Below are positions 1 through 14,429 of a DNA stretch of 64,000 bases, piece after piece. Below the pieces are notes generated by a model. It worked only from the letters and a program-made list of their open reading frames with translations. It ran no database searches and was not told the origin of the DNA. Origin of the DNA: the human T2T-CHM13v2.0 reference genome, Homo sapiens. Position numbers and translations under genes: made by a program. The stretch is from the NCBI RefSeq assembly GCF_009914755.1, contig NC_060942.1; one strand, given 5' to 3'. Positions within the stretch are counted from its first letter, which is position 1; every line of letters starts with the position of its first letter.

Positions 1-369
1 TTTTCCATTTCTGCTCAAATAGAACTATTTGCATAGTAGTCACCGTAGCAAAATTGGATTTTCATATTTAATTTTTTTTTATTTGGCCCTTATTTCTTGT
101 TTCAAAAATTCAAGGGTGCTTGTGATTGTAAGTTGTTTCTGTTGAAAATAATTATTAAGAGGCCAAAGTGATATTCTACATCATTTTTCTTTCAGCTAAT
201 TTTCAAGAATTACTAAAATGAAACATTTTTGAAAAATCATAATATATTTATTATGGATATATTTATTTCAAAATATATATCAGAGCTGGCTTTAACCTTT
301 GAAATGTTGCTGTCCACTTCCAAGTGCAGGTCATCTCACCTGGCTTCTTGTTTTTGTTTTTGTTGTTAA

Positions 370-498
<129 letters not shown>

Positions 499-2322
499 TG
501 ACTTCCTCTCCATAAAGCGTGGAAGTTATTGAAAGGAGAGAGAGACTAGCACTTCACCAGTTGACGTGCTGAGCTGCTGGAACATTATGGATAATGCTAA
601 AGGGATCAATAGTTTAATGAAGGACGCACAGAATATAGAGCCCTACTGTCTTCATTCACTGGGACTGAAGGGTTGCCACAGAAGAGTTCATAAGAGAGCC
701 CAGAGTAAGGTGGCACTGCTAACAAACTATTTTGCAATACATCTTTTCTTGTTTTAAACCGAGTTTTCTGATCTTATTTTTGCCATGTGTTTTCTGAAAA
801 GTTTGATGATATGTTATTATGATATAATGATTGAACAAAAATTAATTTTCTCTAAGCAAAATGAGGTATTTCACAATTATAAGACAGTGATCTAGTCAGA
901 GTTCAAAAAAGAAAAAATCACAACAGCATTTATTATAGTTCTGTGAAAAGGAAATACATGCTGTACTTGAAATACTACTTTTTAAACTTTTGTAACACTT
1001 TATGCTTTTATAACACTTCACTGTTTGTGAAAAATTATTGATTTAGTTCCTGATCTTGATCACCTGATTCTCAATATATACCAGTTGGGAAGAGAGGGCA
1101 AATCTAACCCCACTTTAGATGTAAAGGAATTGAAACATAGCCTTAAATCACTTTATCCCAGAGTCGCACTGTTACTTCACAAAATCGGGGTTAGGCTCCA
1201 CCATGATCATGGTAAATTTATAATGTTGCATTGGTAAATAGTTCCAAGTCATAGCTTCTTATATTTCTTTGTAGCATTTATTAATGTGGATATATTCCAT
1301 ATTATCGTATTAGGAATTTCCAGAAGGATAGGAAGAAATTCATAAGGATGTAGCTAAAATGTTAAACTGTCTGTTAAATTTAATGAACTATTAATTAATT
1401 ATCTAAAAGTCTGGCTTCTTTCCATGAAGTAGTTCTAAGAGATGGTAACAGGTGTTGAGGTGTTGGGGGTAAAAATTTCAGGGGTCAGACAAGTTTAGGG
1501 GATACTGTTGGAATGTTAAACAGCTTTCTTTGTTCAGACCTTCTCAAAGTCTCTAATGTGTGAATGTGCATTGTGCATTTTCTGGGCGTGCATCAAATAT
1601 GCACTATTTGCCATACTTGTTTAACTGTCAAATTTTGTTTGTGATTTTTTTTAAGACATTAACTCCCCACCATATTCTTCTACTGTGGGCCCTCACTGAG
1701 AACAATGAAAACACTCTGAATACTTGTTTAAAAGTTAAATTGCATGTTATTTATAAGATCCTTTCATAAGAGAGACAGGTTCTTCAGATAGCATTTTCAG
1801 ATTCTCTTTTGTTAAGACAGTTTTTAAAACTGGAGTATATTACTGCTAGTAAATTTGAGAGAAATAAACCACAAGCATCTACCAGGTAAAGAAAAAAAAA
1901 AAAGAACAAGGTGACCTTGTCAGGCTTCTTTAAAAATGAAGTGAGGAGATCACAGAGAGGACTCTTTGTTACCACATAAGACACAGCTGCCATCAGCAGA
2001 GGAAGAGTGAGGCAGTGTGAGCACTGTGAGGCGACCCCAAGATGAGTGAGAGAACAACAGCTATTAGGAAGAATTAATGAGAAAGGACAAAGTTGTACTT
2101 CAGGGTATATTTCTGTATTTTTCTTCCTACTAAGTGGTCTCAGTGAAGATCTTGGTAACATGCAAAAAAAAAAAAAAAAAAGAATATTTTTGAATATCTT
2201 ATCTTTTTCAATTAAAATACTTGAGAAACACTTATCAAAAAGACATTCTTTCTTAACAAGAATATGTAATGTCATTCATATGCCATTTTATGTATATCAT
2301 TTTAGTATATTTAGGCATCTTA

Positions 2323-2641
2323 TTTTTGTTTTGTTTGTTTTTGGGATGGAGTGTCTGTCTGTTGCCCAGGCTAGAGTACAGAAGGTGTGATCTTGGCTCA
2401 CTGCAACCTCTTCCTTGAGGGTTCAAGCAATTCTCAGTTCAAGTGATTCTCACTTCAGCCTCCCGAGTAGTTGGGATTACAGGCGCACACCACCACACCT
2501 GGCTAATTTTTTTGTATTTTTAGTAGAGATGGGGTCTCATCATGTTGGCCAGGCTGATCTCAAATTTGTGACCTCAAGTGATCCGCCCACCTCAGCCTCC
2601 CAAAGTGCTGGGACTACAGGCATGAGCCACTGCATCCAGCC
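2323..2641 (-). mobile_element. Alu (AluS-type)
   Basis: Full Alu dimer in reverse. Diverged TSD tatttaggcatctta (2308-2322) / tatttagacatttta (2642-2656). Small internal duplication of gttcaag..attctc. Confidence 0.95.
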
Positions 2642-3503
2642 TATTTAGACATTTTAGTGTCCCCATAATTTTTTCCTACCTCATCTTCTTGATTTTGATA
2701 CCCAAAGTTACCAACCCAAATTATTGAATAACCTTTACCTTCCACTTCTGTATGAAAGGGAAGGCTGCACCTTCCTCTCATCATTCAGAACGTGAAAACA
2801 AGGCTAAATCTCTAACATCAATCATTACTTTTGTCAGTTACCAGTTATATCCAGTGACACTGAACTCTTAAGCTATTCTCTTAATTCTTTTATTTTACTA
2901 GCATTATAATATTTGGAAAAAAATGAGCCAACATTTGAAACAAGATTCATAGTATGGGTAGCATGTTTAGAAATGATGTATTATAGGTGAATCAAAGGAT
3001 CATTTTGAACTAAGAATGCAATTAAGCATTTCTTAAAGAATCTGTTGGAATCAGTTAACAGAGGGTGTGGGACAATTTTTTTTAGTATGAACAAAGACAC
3101 AGCGATATCACATAAAAATACATATAAAGGGATAACTAGAAAATTCACTTGGCTGTAGGGGTATGGTCCCAGTTGGATGGAAAAATAAGACATGATCACT
3201 TAGATTGGGGGAATCACACTGAAACGCAAGAAAGGATCCTGAGGCTGAGAAGAGGCCCAGTGGGATCAGAGAACCCATGACTGAGAGACTGAAGGGTCAT
3301 ATATGTCCCCTGTTGTCATTGTGAGATTGGTTGGTAAAAGATAAAGGAAAAATTAAATCCTTTTCCTTTACCTTTTGGTATTGACTTCTGCCTTTTTTTT
3401 TTTAATCTGTTTTTTTTTTTAGATCTGTTATTCCCAAACAGATTATGCAAAACCACAGGATAAGTATGGCATGTTGGCCTGAAATATGAATTGTCCTTAT
3501 ATC

Positions 3504-3707
3504 AAGGGGTGACAAACTATGGCCTGAAGCTAGCCTGCCACTTGTTTTAGTAAATAAAGTTTTATTCGAACACAGGCACACACATTCGTTTATATATTGT
3601 CTACTACAATGTCAGAATTGAGTAGTTGTCACTGGCAAAAACTGTTTTGTGGTCCACAAGCCTAAAATATTATCTGGCCCTTTACAGAAAGGGTTTGCTA
3701 ACCCCTA
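3504..3707 (+). mobile_element. MER58A-like hAT-Charlie MITE
   Basis: aggggtgacaaact...gtaaataaagttttattcgaacacag...tatctggccctttacagaaag..tttgctaacccct matches the recalled MER58A consensus, with terminal inverted repeats. Confidence 0.85.
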
Positions 3708-3966
3708 CCTGAAATAATTGAGGAGGAAGAGTCAACTAATTTAAAAGTGATTTAAAACATTATAGTATAATATAGAGGATAAGGATAACTAGAAATTTGT
3801 GTGGGGTTGAACTCCATCTCTATGTTAATGATTATATATATAATTATATTGATACAAGATTAATATAATTAACTTTGTATCCTTGGAATAGTTTATTAAC
3901 TTCTGTAAGCTGAAGCTTCCTGATTTGTAAAATCGTAACAGAAATAATATCTATTATTGTTAGAAG

Positions 3967-4919
3967 TGTTAAAGAGAAATCTGTCTACTTACTTGTTAAC
4001 AAACATGGTAAAGCAGACTTTATCAAAGGCAGACATGGTGGTGGGCATAGTGACCGCTACAACGGGGTCTTGCAGTGAGGGAGAGACTCCAGCTCCTACA
4101 GGGACAATTGAGGATTTATAACCAAGGAGCAGGGTGGGGTCAGTGCATGGAAAATTGCAGTTGACCCTTGAACAAGGGTTTGGACTGTGTGGGTTCACCT
4201 ATACGTGGATTTTTTTCAATAAAAGTTACGTCAAGTGTGCCTTGCCTCTCCTGCCCCCTCTTACACCTCCTTCACCTCTTCTCCCTCTGCCACCCCTGAG
4301 ACAGCAAGACCAACCCCTCTTCTTCATCCTCCTCCTCTGCCTATTCAACATGAAGTTGAGGAGGATGAAGGCCTTTATGATGACCCATTTCCACTTGATG
4401 AAGAGTAAATAGATTTTCTCTTCCTTATGATTTTAATATTTTCTTTTCTCTAGCTTAATTGTAAGAATATAGTATATAACACATATAACATACAAGATAT
4501 GTGTCAAATGACTGGTTTGTGTCAACTTATTGGTTAAGGCTTCTAGTCTTCTAGTACTCTATAAGTAGTAGTCAAATTTGGGGAAAGTCAAAAGTTACAT
4601 GTTGACTTTTAACTCTGAGGGAGTTGGCACCCCTTACCCCTGCATTCTTCAAGAGTCAACTGTACTACAAAGAAACATCAAGGATACGGGGTTTCTGGCT
4701 AAGCTGACTAGACAGGATTCTTGCTGAAGGCAGGCCAGGGGATTAAGATATTGGAGGTATGGTCAGATGCCCAGGGAGATTTCCTTCTAACTGACTTAGG
4801 ATTCTTGTTCAAACTGGATTCAAGAAGGACAGAGAGGGAAGCCCAAGTTCAGGCCTAGTCAAGCAGGGAACTCAGAGGAGCCTGATGAAGGTTTTGGTCA
4901 AAGGAGAGAGTCTGTGTCA
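3967..4919 (-). mobile_element. ERV1 solo LTR, MER31/MER67-like, interrupted by Tigger2a
   Basis: TG...CA termini and 4-bp TSD GAAG (3963-3966, 4920-4923). Reverse strand starts tgacacagactctctcctttgaccaaaacc...ggctcctctgag, typical of MER31/MER67 LTRs. Confidence 0.75.
4158..4662 (+). mobile_element. Tigger2a (MER28)-like TcMar-Tigger element
   Basis: TIRs cagttgacccttgaa / ttcaagagtcaactg followed by TA. Internal ctctgccacccctgagacagcaagaccaacccct. Confidence 0.88.
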
Positions 4920-5651
4920 GAAGTCAAAATGGTAACTTAGGTAAAATTCTTAGCCAGCACCAGCCAAGTAGTTAGCATTCAGTAAATGTTGGCGATTATT
5001 ATATTAAAATAAAATTGGAAATATATTGCATTACAATTAAATTTCATTAATTGTAGGGAATTTTATAGATGAAACTGGAGACATCTAGGCTTTTGTAGGT
5101 GCTAAGGCCAGGAGTTCAGCCTGCTCAATAGGGAGCGCTTGGGTGGAAAAGTTGAAGCAGCACTGCCTTAGGCCATGTGAAGGTTTCCTTTCTGCAGGCT
5201 GTTCTTGCCTGTGGTGGTAGCTGAGTCTCCACTGATTATGGAGATCAGAAACTTTGATGCAATTCAGTAGTTAAGGTCCTGCTGTGCTGCTGACTGTGCT
5301 TTTACTTGGGAACCGCCAGCAATTTAGGAACATACCTGACTGGAATTTTACTTAATTTTTTTTTTAAGTATCTAACTCCCTATGAAGAAGTGCTTAAATT
5401 GTGTTTGATAGGCTGTGCTCTTGCTAAGCAGATGAATTAGGGTCCCTGACTCCTTAGCGGTCCAGGCATGTGTTTGGTTAAGTCAGCAATGAAAATCTTC
5501 CCTCTATCAATATTTGCCTTTGGTTTGGCAGACTTGATATCATATCTCACTGATTTCTAATCCTTTTTGAATGCATTCTTTGTAATAACTGCTCGCTCTT
5601 TGCAAGATTCTCTTAGGCTCGTGTTAACTAGCTTTCCTCGTGAAGTTTGTA

Positions 5652-5986
5652 CAGTCATCCTTGGGTGGAGTATCCACAGGGAATTGGCTCTAGGCCACCC
5701 TGGGATACCAAAATCCATAGATGCTCAAGTCCCTGATATAAAATGGTGAGGCATTTACATTTAACAAAAGCACCTCCTCTCATATACTTTAAATCACCTC
5801 TAGATTACTTGTAACATCTAATACTATGTAAATGTTATATAAATAGTTATACTGTATTGGTTAGGGAATAATGACCAAAAAAAAGTCTATACACATTAAA
5901 TGCAGATGCAGCCATCCATTTTGCCTCCAAATATTTTCCATCAGCAGTTGATTGAATCCAAGGGTGAGAAAACCACAGACAGACTG
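5652..5986 (+). mobile_element. MER2 (TcMar-Tigger) MITE
   Basis: TA-cagtc...gactg-TA ends. Internal gataccaaaatccatagatgctcaagtccctgatataaaatgg and ctctagattactt. Confidence 0.88.
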
Positions 5987-6689
5987 TACTATGTCACTTG
6001 GAGGCGTCATCCACTTTGGTAGATGTAGGCATTTACTTTCTTCTCATACTTTGGTGAAGGGCTACCAAAAAAAAAAAAGCAATGATGTATAGAGAAAGAA
6101 AGTGTAGCTAAAGACTTCTCTATATCAAATTATTAAAATAACTTTACTATTGAAAAGTTTTAAGTTCCTTAAAGAACCTGTTCTTAAAGCTTCCTGTTGT
6201 CTAGTGCCTGGTATATAGTAGATGCACAATGCAATGCATGTTGTTCAACTAAAAAACTCTGAGGCTTTAGAATAAAAAAAACTTTAAAAATATAATATGA
6301 CATGGTAAACCAAAACAAACTGTGCTGTAATTATATCAAATATATTAGTTTGGTTATGGTTATATTTCAGTATTTCAGAATCATGTCATCAAATTGTTGT
6401 TTCTGTGTAGAGAGAATAGGATATCTTTTCAGAAAAAGCATAGAAAAACCTTTCTTATGAGTCATAAAAGATCTATCTATATTTCTGTATTAAACCATTA
6501 CAGGCCTGACATAGGCCAGATAATGAAAGAAATAAAATAGAAGCAAAGATTGATGGTATCTACAGCACTATGGCAACTGTGGTCTAACTCTAATCCCGTA
6601 TAGAGCAGGAGGTAAATTCTGGAACGTTAACATGTGCCTTGTCACGCAGCCTACAGCACCCCCTCCACCCCACACCTTCTAGCTTCCAC

Positions 6690-7360
6690 CTTTACCGAGC
6701 CACTGAAACCACACACATCCTTGGCATGGCTTAATACAACTGACTTCCCTCTCTCTCAAATTCTATCTTCCCTTAACTTCCATAGCATTGTCACCTGCCT
6801 TGGTTTGCAACTATCTCATTTACTGGATTTCCTAATCTCTTAGAGGACCTTAATGTTAATTCTTATCACTCTACTGCCCAGGATACAGATTTCTCCTTTC
6901 ATCTATACTTTTTCCTGACTTTGGCTGAAAATCCACACATTATTATTGATACTGATTATTCTCTGTAAGCAGGTAAGACAAATCAGGTCTCCAGCCAGGG
7001 CCCTGCCTAAACTCCAGCTCCATGACTTTTAACAGTCTGCTAGACATTTCCATTTGGATATCTTTTGTCTCAAATTCAATGTGTCAGACAATCTCTCTAG
7101 CCCATACTTTCTACCAGCATCCTTTCTAACCTGCCTTTTCCTGTAACTGGCATAATAATATGGCACCACAAGTCATGTTGCCTCTCCTTCACCTGTCCAT
7201 ATCCAGTTACTAAGTTCAGTTAACTTTTCTTTAATGGTATACCTGAAATCTACCTTTTCTCTCTGCTGACAGCCTAAATTAGGCTCTTGGCCTTTCCTCA
7301 AGACCTTTGAGATTCTGGTTTTGATCATCATACATAATCTTCTCCTCCTATGAGCTGTTT
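6690..7360 (+). mobile_element. L2 LINE fragment
   Basis: Degenerate L2 motifs tctccagccagggccct..ctccag..ctgctagacatttccatttggatatc..ctcaaattcaatgtgtc. Confidence 0.6.
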
Positions 7361-7844
7361 CATTCAATAACCCCATTCGCTGTCATTCCCTATACTCCTT
7401 TCCCAGGTTACACAGGAAGCATTCAGAAATATCTGTTGGATGATTTGTTACAAACACAGTAAGGATTTCAGGAGATGCCTGGTTCCAGTTACATTTATCT
7501 TTATATTATATTGAAATGTCTCACCGAGTAAATACAGTTACTCTATACTAATAGGTGAAGCACTCCTGGCAAACAAAAATGCTGAAGACAGTCCACATTA
7601 AAATAATGAGTGTTGGCTCTGTGTTTGTTAATGTTTTCATTAATGCTTCTATTGAAATTAATTTTGCCTGCCCTTTGTATTACTTATACCCCTTGTAAGT
7701 TACACAGCCCTCTCAGGCTCTTTATTTGTATTCATATTTGTTGCTCAAAATAATTATCTTATTGCTGGTGTTTATAATATGCCATATTTAATATGATCTC
7801 TAAATTTAATTACTAGGCTATTTATTTCGTCTTTCTTACTAGAG

Positions 7845-8067
7845 AAGGCAGTGTGGTTGCGTAGTTAATAGAGTAGATTCTGAAACTGAGCTGCCTGAAT
7901 TCAAGTCCTTCCTCAGCTTCTTCTTAGTTTTGTGGCTTTGAGCAAGGCACTTAAACTCCTGTACTTCTTTATTCATCTATAAAATGGACATAATAACACT
8001 TCTAGCATTGTGTTATAAATATATGTAAAATAAATATCAAAAAATGTTAGCTATCCTAATTATTATT
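7845..8067 (+). mobile_element. MIR
   Basis: ggcagtgtgg..gagtagattctg..gctgcctgaattcaagtcct..tgtggctttgagcaaggcacttaa..tcatctataaaatgga. Confidence 0.75.
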
Positions 8068-8454
8068 TAACCATCGGTTTAAATAAGATTAAATCAGCTC
8101 ACCCTATTCTGTTCCCTCCTGCTGCAGGATACACTACTTCATACTGGCTAGATCTGTTGAAATTGCTTTCTTAGGATTTTTTTTGGTTTGTTTTTTTTTT
8201 TGCTGTTTTTTTTTTCCCCCAGGACTATTTGAACTAGTAGTAGAATGAATACAACATTCAAGATTATACTTACTGATCTGTCCTCATTCATCTGTGCTTA
8301 ATAATTGTCACTTTGTCTATCCTGATTTTTTTCCAGCACATTAATCTGTTGTCCTACTGATATTCTGTTCTTCAATATTTAAAAAAATGTATTATAAAAT
8401 AAATATTGCTTTTAACATTACTGCCATATTAGGCTCCTTCTGAGTCAACTGATT

Positions 8455-8757
8455 AAAATTTATTTAACATACTTTTTTAGAACAGTTTTAGGTTCACAGC
8501 AAAATTCAGCAGAAGGTACAGAGATTTTCCATATACCTCTGCTCCCACGCATGCATAGCCTCACCCATGATCAGCATCCCCTGCGCGAGTGGGATATTTG
8601 TTACAACTGATGAACTTATACTGACACATTGTCACCAGGAGTACATTAGGGTTCACTCTCCGTGTTGTGCATTCTATGGGTGTGGGCAAATATATAATGA
8701 CGTGTATTCACCCATTATTGTATCATCCAGTATAGTTTCACTGCCCTAGAAATCCTT
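8455..8757 (-). mobile_element. L1MC-type 3' end fragment
   Basis: ttttagaacagttttaggttcacagcaaaatt..agaaggtacagagatt..tttgttacaactgatgaac..attagggttcactct is characteristic of L1MC1/2 3' UTR in reverse. Confidence 0.75.
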
Positions 8758-8943
8758 ATTTATATAACTTTTATGAATATTTGGTTTTTTAGGGTAAATT
8801 CTGGATGAGCACTGCTAAGTGAAAAGATTTGTGCATTTTATTATCAGAATGCTCTGATGCTGTTTCACAAATAGTTTATAAGCAACTGTGAATAATGGAA
8901 AGACTTTTGAACTGTGGGTATTCTCATAAAAAATGGAACTCCC

Positions 8944-9252
8944 AGCTGGGCGCAGTGGCTCGCACCAGTAATCCCAGCACTTTGGGAGGCCAAGGCAGGC
9001 GGATCACCTGAGGTCAGGAGTTCGAGACCAGCCTGGCCAATGTGGTGAAACCCCATCTCTACTAAAAATACAAAAATTAGCTGAGCATGGTGATAGGTGC
9101 CTGTAATCCCAGCTACTCAGGAGGCTGAGGCAAGAGAATCACTTGAACCTGGGAGGCGGAAGTTGCAGTTTGCAGTGAGCCGAGATCGCACCACTGCACT
9201 CCAGCCTGAGCGACAAGAGCGAAATTCTGTCTCCCAAAAAAAAAAAAAAAAA
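8944..9252 (+). mobile_element. Alu (AluSp/Sq-like)
   Basis: Full dimer with poly(A) and gacaagagcgaaa 3' diagnostic. Flanks aaaaatggaactccc / aaaaaggaacaccccc. Confidence 0.95.
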
Positions 9253-9319
9253 GGAACACCCCCACTATTGGCCTGTTTTGCCTCCTGTATTTGTCATCTT
9301 AGACAACAGATTGTTTCTC

Positions 9320-9720
9320 CATTTATTCATGATTTATTATTCATTTTGTTTATAAAACAAACTTATGATGGCTCTTATGTGCGCCAGACACTGTATTATA
9401 GGCAAGAGATCAAAAAGTAAATATGAACTGTTCCTACCCTCAGGGAACATAATTTGGTATAGAAGGCAGATATACATCCATAATTGAAGTGCCGTGCACA
9501 ACCTTTCAAGGAGGGCAGCCTGGAGTGATAGGGGAGAAAGCAAGAAGAGCACTACCCCAGATTTGTTTAGGGTCTGGGGAGGATTGGTTAGGAAGGGCTT
9601 CCTGAAGGAGAGGATATCTGAACTGAGCAATTAACAATTAGGAGTTAGGCAAAGGAGGGGAAGGGCAAGGGACATTATTCCAGGCAGAAGGTATAACATA
9701 TGCAAAGCCCAGAGAACCAA
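9320..9720 (-). mobile_element. L2 3' end fragment
   Basis: ttcatt..tatgtgcgccagacactgt..ttcctaccctcaggga..ggaagggcttcctgaaggag..attccaggcagaagg..catatgcaaagccc. Confidence 0.75.
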
Positions 9721-10719
9721 GAAAACACAGGGAAAGCATGCTTATCAGAAATATCAGAAATGTGTCCCCTGATGTGTGTGAACGGTCCATATTACAGCAA
9801 TTTTCAAATCAGCATAATATGGGGAATTTCACAAATCTTAAGTGAGAAACAATTATTTCAATAGATAAGCAGAGACATTTCTTATCTGTGATTTATTACA
9901 TGCTAAATGAGTAATATAGATGTTGTAAACAAAGTTACATAGTATTAGCAAAATATTAAATAACTGAATGCTGACATTTTCTGTTAGCTAAAATTATATT
10001 TTGGGGGAAAGGGGACTTAGCAAGGTATGAAAATGTCTTCAGTGTGTGATTTAAAGCATTTAATGAAAATGAGCCAATGTAATCTTCTATGACAGATTTA
10101 ATTCTGTCAAGCACTCTAAGACACTAGATAGCAAAAGAAAGCTGATATTCAAGTCTAAACAGAAATGTCAGCAAACACACCTATATTAATGGAAGTTTGG
10201 AAAGCAATGTGTTCTTCTCTCTAAAAATAACAAAGATTTTACTTCTAGTTAGGAGGAGCAGTGGACCTTAGGGATCTTGTGGACAGTAAGATTGATGTTT
10301 GTTTGAGGCAGAATTTTGAGCTTCGGGCACAGTTTTCACTGAGCAGAAGTCTATAACGCTTATACATCAAGGGCACTTATGTGGTGATTGCAAAAATTGC
10401 AGTGAGAATTGACTACAGTACTTAGACAGTGACATTTTAGGTATTTTCTTCCTGCTCTTTTCAGCAGCTGGTTTTATGGCAGGTGTTTTCTGTGACATTC
10501 TGGAGCAACAACCAGAAATATGGCATCAGGGGTGATCATAAGATGAATGGTTGGAGAAGACAATGGCTTCCTGACACTGCATTGAAGAATTGCCTAACAA
10601 GCTACTAGTTTTAAAAGTGAAATGCTATTTAGAGAAAAACTTCTAGGTAGAGAAACAGATATCCAGAACAATGCCTGAAATTAGACCATCATTTATTCTG
10701 AAAGTTTAAAATTTTTTAA

Positions 10720-11129
<410 letters not shown>

Positions 11130-12317
11130 ATGGGTACTTCTTATATCTGTGTTACACTTTGAATGGCAGTATTCAAGAATTTTGCACCAAGAAAAAATAA
11201 ATTATATCCTTCGTAATATCTATAATGGGATGAGACAGAGAGTTCTACTGTTTACAAACTGAGCAGTTGTTATAGGCATTTCAACATCCTTGCAAAAGCA
11301 TTTGATAGGCTAAAATTTATTTTGAGTAAAAATTCACATTATTTTGTATATTTCTTAATGCCATTCTTTCCCATCTAGCCATTCTCTTTTTCTCTTCAAC
11401 ACTAAAAAGATAAATATAAATGCCTAATATATATACATATTGTGTGTGGGGGGGGTGTATTCCACCTATATATAGTCCACAAAATTAGGAAATACTAGAT
11501 AGAAGAGTCCTAGTACATTGAATTCATTCTGGATTCACTGCCTCGTATTCTTCATATCCACTCTGAGTATATAAAGAATTTAGCACAAGGCCTGGCATCT
11601 TGATAGTTATTTGCCAAATATGACTCATGAGTATTCTAAAACATATGTAATGAGGACATGACTCTGTCATTCCTGATAGGTTGTAAAGAGTGCTGATGCT
11701 GATTTCAAGGGTTGTGTCAAGATTTGGTAGGTCCTGTCTCAAATGGAACTTCAGATAGACCTCAAGTCTAGTAGAGGAAGAGGCACATACCTGGTACCAT
11801 TAAAGCTCTGGATCCAGGACCTCAGCCCCAGAAGTCGGTCACTTCATCAAAAATGTTGCTCAAGTGTAGGATCATATAAAATGATGTATGTCCTAAACCA
11901 TTTCCTTTTAAGTTTTATGAAGATAGTCTTATTTCCCATCTCTTTTATGGTGGGACCAAAGACTCTTGTCTCCATTGTTGGTCCATTGTTGTAGTTCTGG
12001 AACATTTTTCTTGCTAAGACATACCATTTTCTGTTTAAGTGCACTGACAAATTAAAGATACTTATAAAGCATTCTCAGAGTATAATTCTAGATTTTTGTG
12101 TTTTTTCCCATCTTTTACAGTTATCTCACACCTAATTTCATGTGTGTACATATGTTTTTTAAAAGCCCTATTTCCACTCTTATTGTATGAATTATATATC
12201 CTATGTAACCTGACTGCATTGCCAAGCACAACTAGCATTAGCACATCTTGCCTTGTCTTGTCCTTTCCCTTTTCCTTTCCTTTTCCTTTTCCTTTTCCTT
12301 TCTTTGCTTTTCTTGCT

Positions 12318-12480
12318 TTTTTTTTTTTTTTTTTGAGATGGGAGTCTCACTTTGTTGCCCAAGCTGGAGTGCAGTGGCTGTTCACAGGCATGATCATAGT
12401 GCACTACAGCCCTGAACTCCTGGACTCAAGTGATCCTCCCAAGTAGCTGGTACTACAGGTACACACTACCGTTATTCAGC
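12318..12480 (-). mobile_element. FAM (fossil Alu monomer) with CT-rich tail extension (12256-12317)
   Basis: Reverse strand reads ..gctgtagtgcactatgatcatgcctgtgaacagccactgcactccagc.., retaining the 7SL-derived CCTGTGAATAGCC segment absent from Alu dimers. Confidence 0.8.
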
Positions 12481-12910
12481 TTTGGTTAACTCTAGGTCAT
12501 AGAGCTTAACTAGTTAGAGCAATAGTGAGTGGAATTATCAGAGAGTAGCCTCCCGACCACGGGCATTGCTCATGTGCTAGGCACCAGTTAGGATATGTGA
12601 CAGAGGGAATAGGAGTCTTGGTTAACCCCACGAGTCAGTAAAGTGAAAGTCAATTAAGAGAGATTGTGTTATCATACCTTCAGCATATGATATCTAGAAG
12701 TATTGACATGGCACTATGAAATGCAAAAGGGAACGACTACCTGGGTGGGCAAGGTATTTACAATCTGGCAGGAAAGACAAAGATGAAACAAATAAGTACA
12801 ATAAAGCTTTTCAGTGCTCCAGTAGAATGTGACAGTCTGCAGAGGAGGACAGGCTGAATCCTGTGGAGGGGAGAAGAACAGGAAAAGGTTCATCAGAAGG
12901 GTGATGTTTG

Positions 12911-13286
<376 letters not shown>

Positions 13287-13491
13287 TCAGCAGAAGCACA
13301 GAGAATCATTTAGCTGATGGTACATTCCAGGGACTGTAAGGTTTTTGTTTTTGTTATGCCTGAAGCAAAGGTTGCAAAGGAGTGTGAAAGTGTGATAGAG
13401 GAGGAGGTGGACAAGCCTAATGGTTAGGAGGAATGAGATTCTGGAAAGCCTCCCCTGGACAGATTGCTTTATAGTTTGGAGTGTCATGAGT

Positions 13492-13900
13492 CAGCAGTGA
13501 CAAACACCAATGCCTGCAGAGATGAAGAAGGTGGCATAAATTAATAAAAGATCAGCCCTCTTTTTTTATGTTTTTCCATTTTTGATAGTACCATCCCAGA
13601 AATATTTTTCTTTTTAATTCTACCGTCTGTAAAACAACAGGTAAAGCCTTGAACAAAATGCCAAGTGATATTTTGCTTCAGTATTGGAATTGAGAGGAGT
13701 GGAGACTGTGGCACACCGGAGGGCACATGCTGTATGGAGAGGAATCAGATGTGCCTCAGATCCCATCACTTGGTGCCAGGTGAAAGGGTGGACCTAGTGT
13801 TGCCTGGTCTTCAGATTTTTCAAGATAAGCTGAACATCTGGATTTTTATTTTAAAATCTCCCAATTTTTAATTGTTAGTGACTGACTTCAGAAGTTGAGT
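13492..13900. mobile_element. MER102-like hAT-Charlie relic
   Basis: gttgcctggtcttcagatttttcaagataagctgaacatctggatttttattttaaaatctcccaattttt resembles the recalled MER102 core. Confidence 0.6.
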
Positions 13901-14429
13901 GCATAAATTAATACTCTGCTGAATGCCTGGCGTTACTTTCAGAGAAACCACTTGAAGAGTTTGAAGCAGGAAAGCAACAAAATCAGACCTTCAATTTTGG
14001 AAGGTCGGTGTGCTGTCCACACCGTTGAGGTTGAATTGAAGAAGGTTTGCTCCTGGAGGCTTTGGAAATGATCCCAGCACAGTCGATCAGGGCTTCATTG
14101 ACATCACTGGTGGCTGGGTGAAGAAAAAGAGTAAGAATCATGACAAATAGCAAGCAGATTTTGATCAACCTTAAAATACAGCATGTTAAATATATACATT
14201 AAGTAAAAATAGAAATTGATACTATAATGCAGAAGCAAAAGCTGTATTTTCTGAGAATAGTGAGAAAAAGGATGTGCTACAGACTGATAGGAAAGACTGA
14301 CATGAGACAACGGAAAGATTTAGTTTAGGTATGGGCAGGAATTTTTAAAAGAAAAGAATTATAGAATTGTTAGAAAGATTTAATAATTAGGGCATTTCAT
14401 CTGCAAAGTAATAGTCATAAAAAGGCTTT

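Larger units (their letters stand above)
3880..5003 (+). mobile_element. MIR split by an LTR insertion (pieces ~3880-3966 and ~4920-5003)
   Basis: MIR core-like cttcctgatttgtaaaat..gaaataatatct before the LTR, and MIR 3' end-like tagttagcattcagtaaatgttggcgattattat after it. Confidence 0.55.

Noticed and set aside
1440-1720. Possible old hAT-type transposon relic (also 29385-29560)
   Set aside because: The resemblance is too degenerate to assign a family or boundaries by eye.
1784-2390. 163-aa and 114-aa overlapping ORFs
   Set aside because: Low-complexity translations of poly(A)/poly(T) tracts running into an Alu, with no recognisable domain or exon structure.
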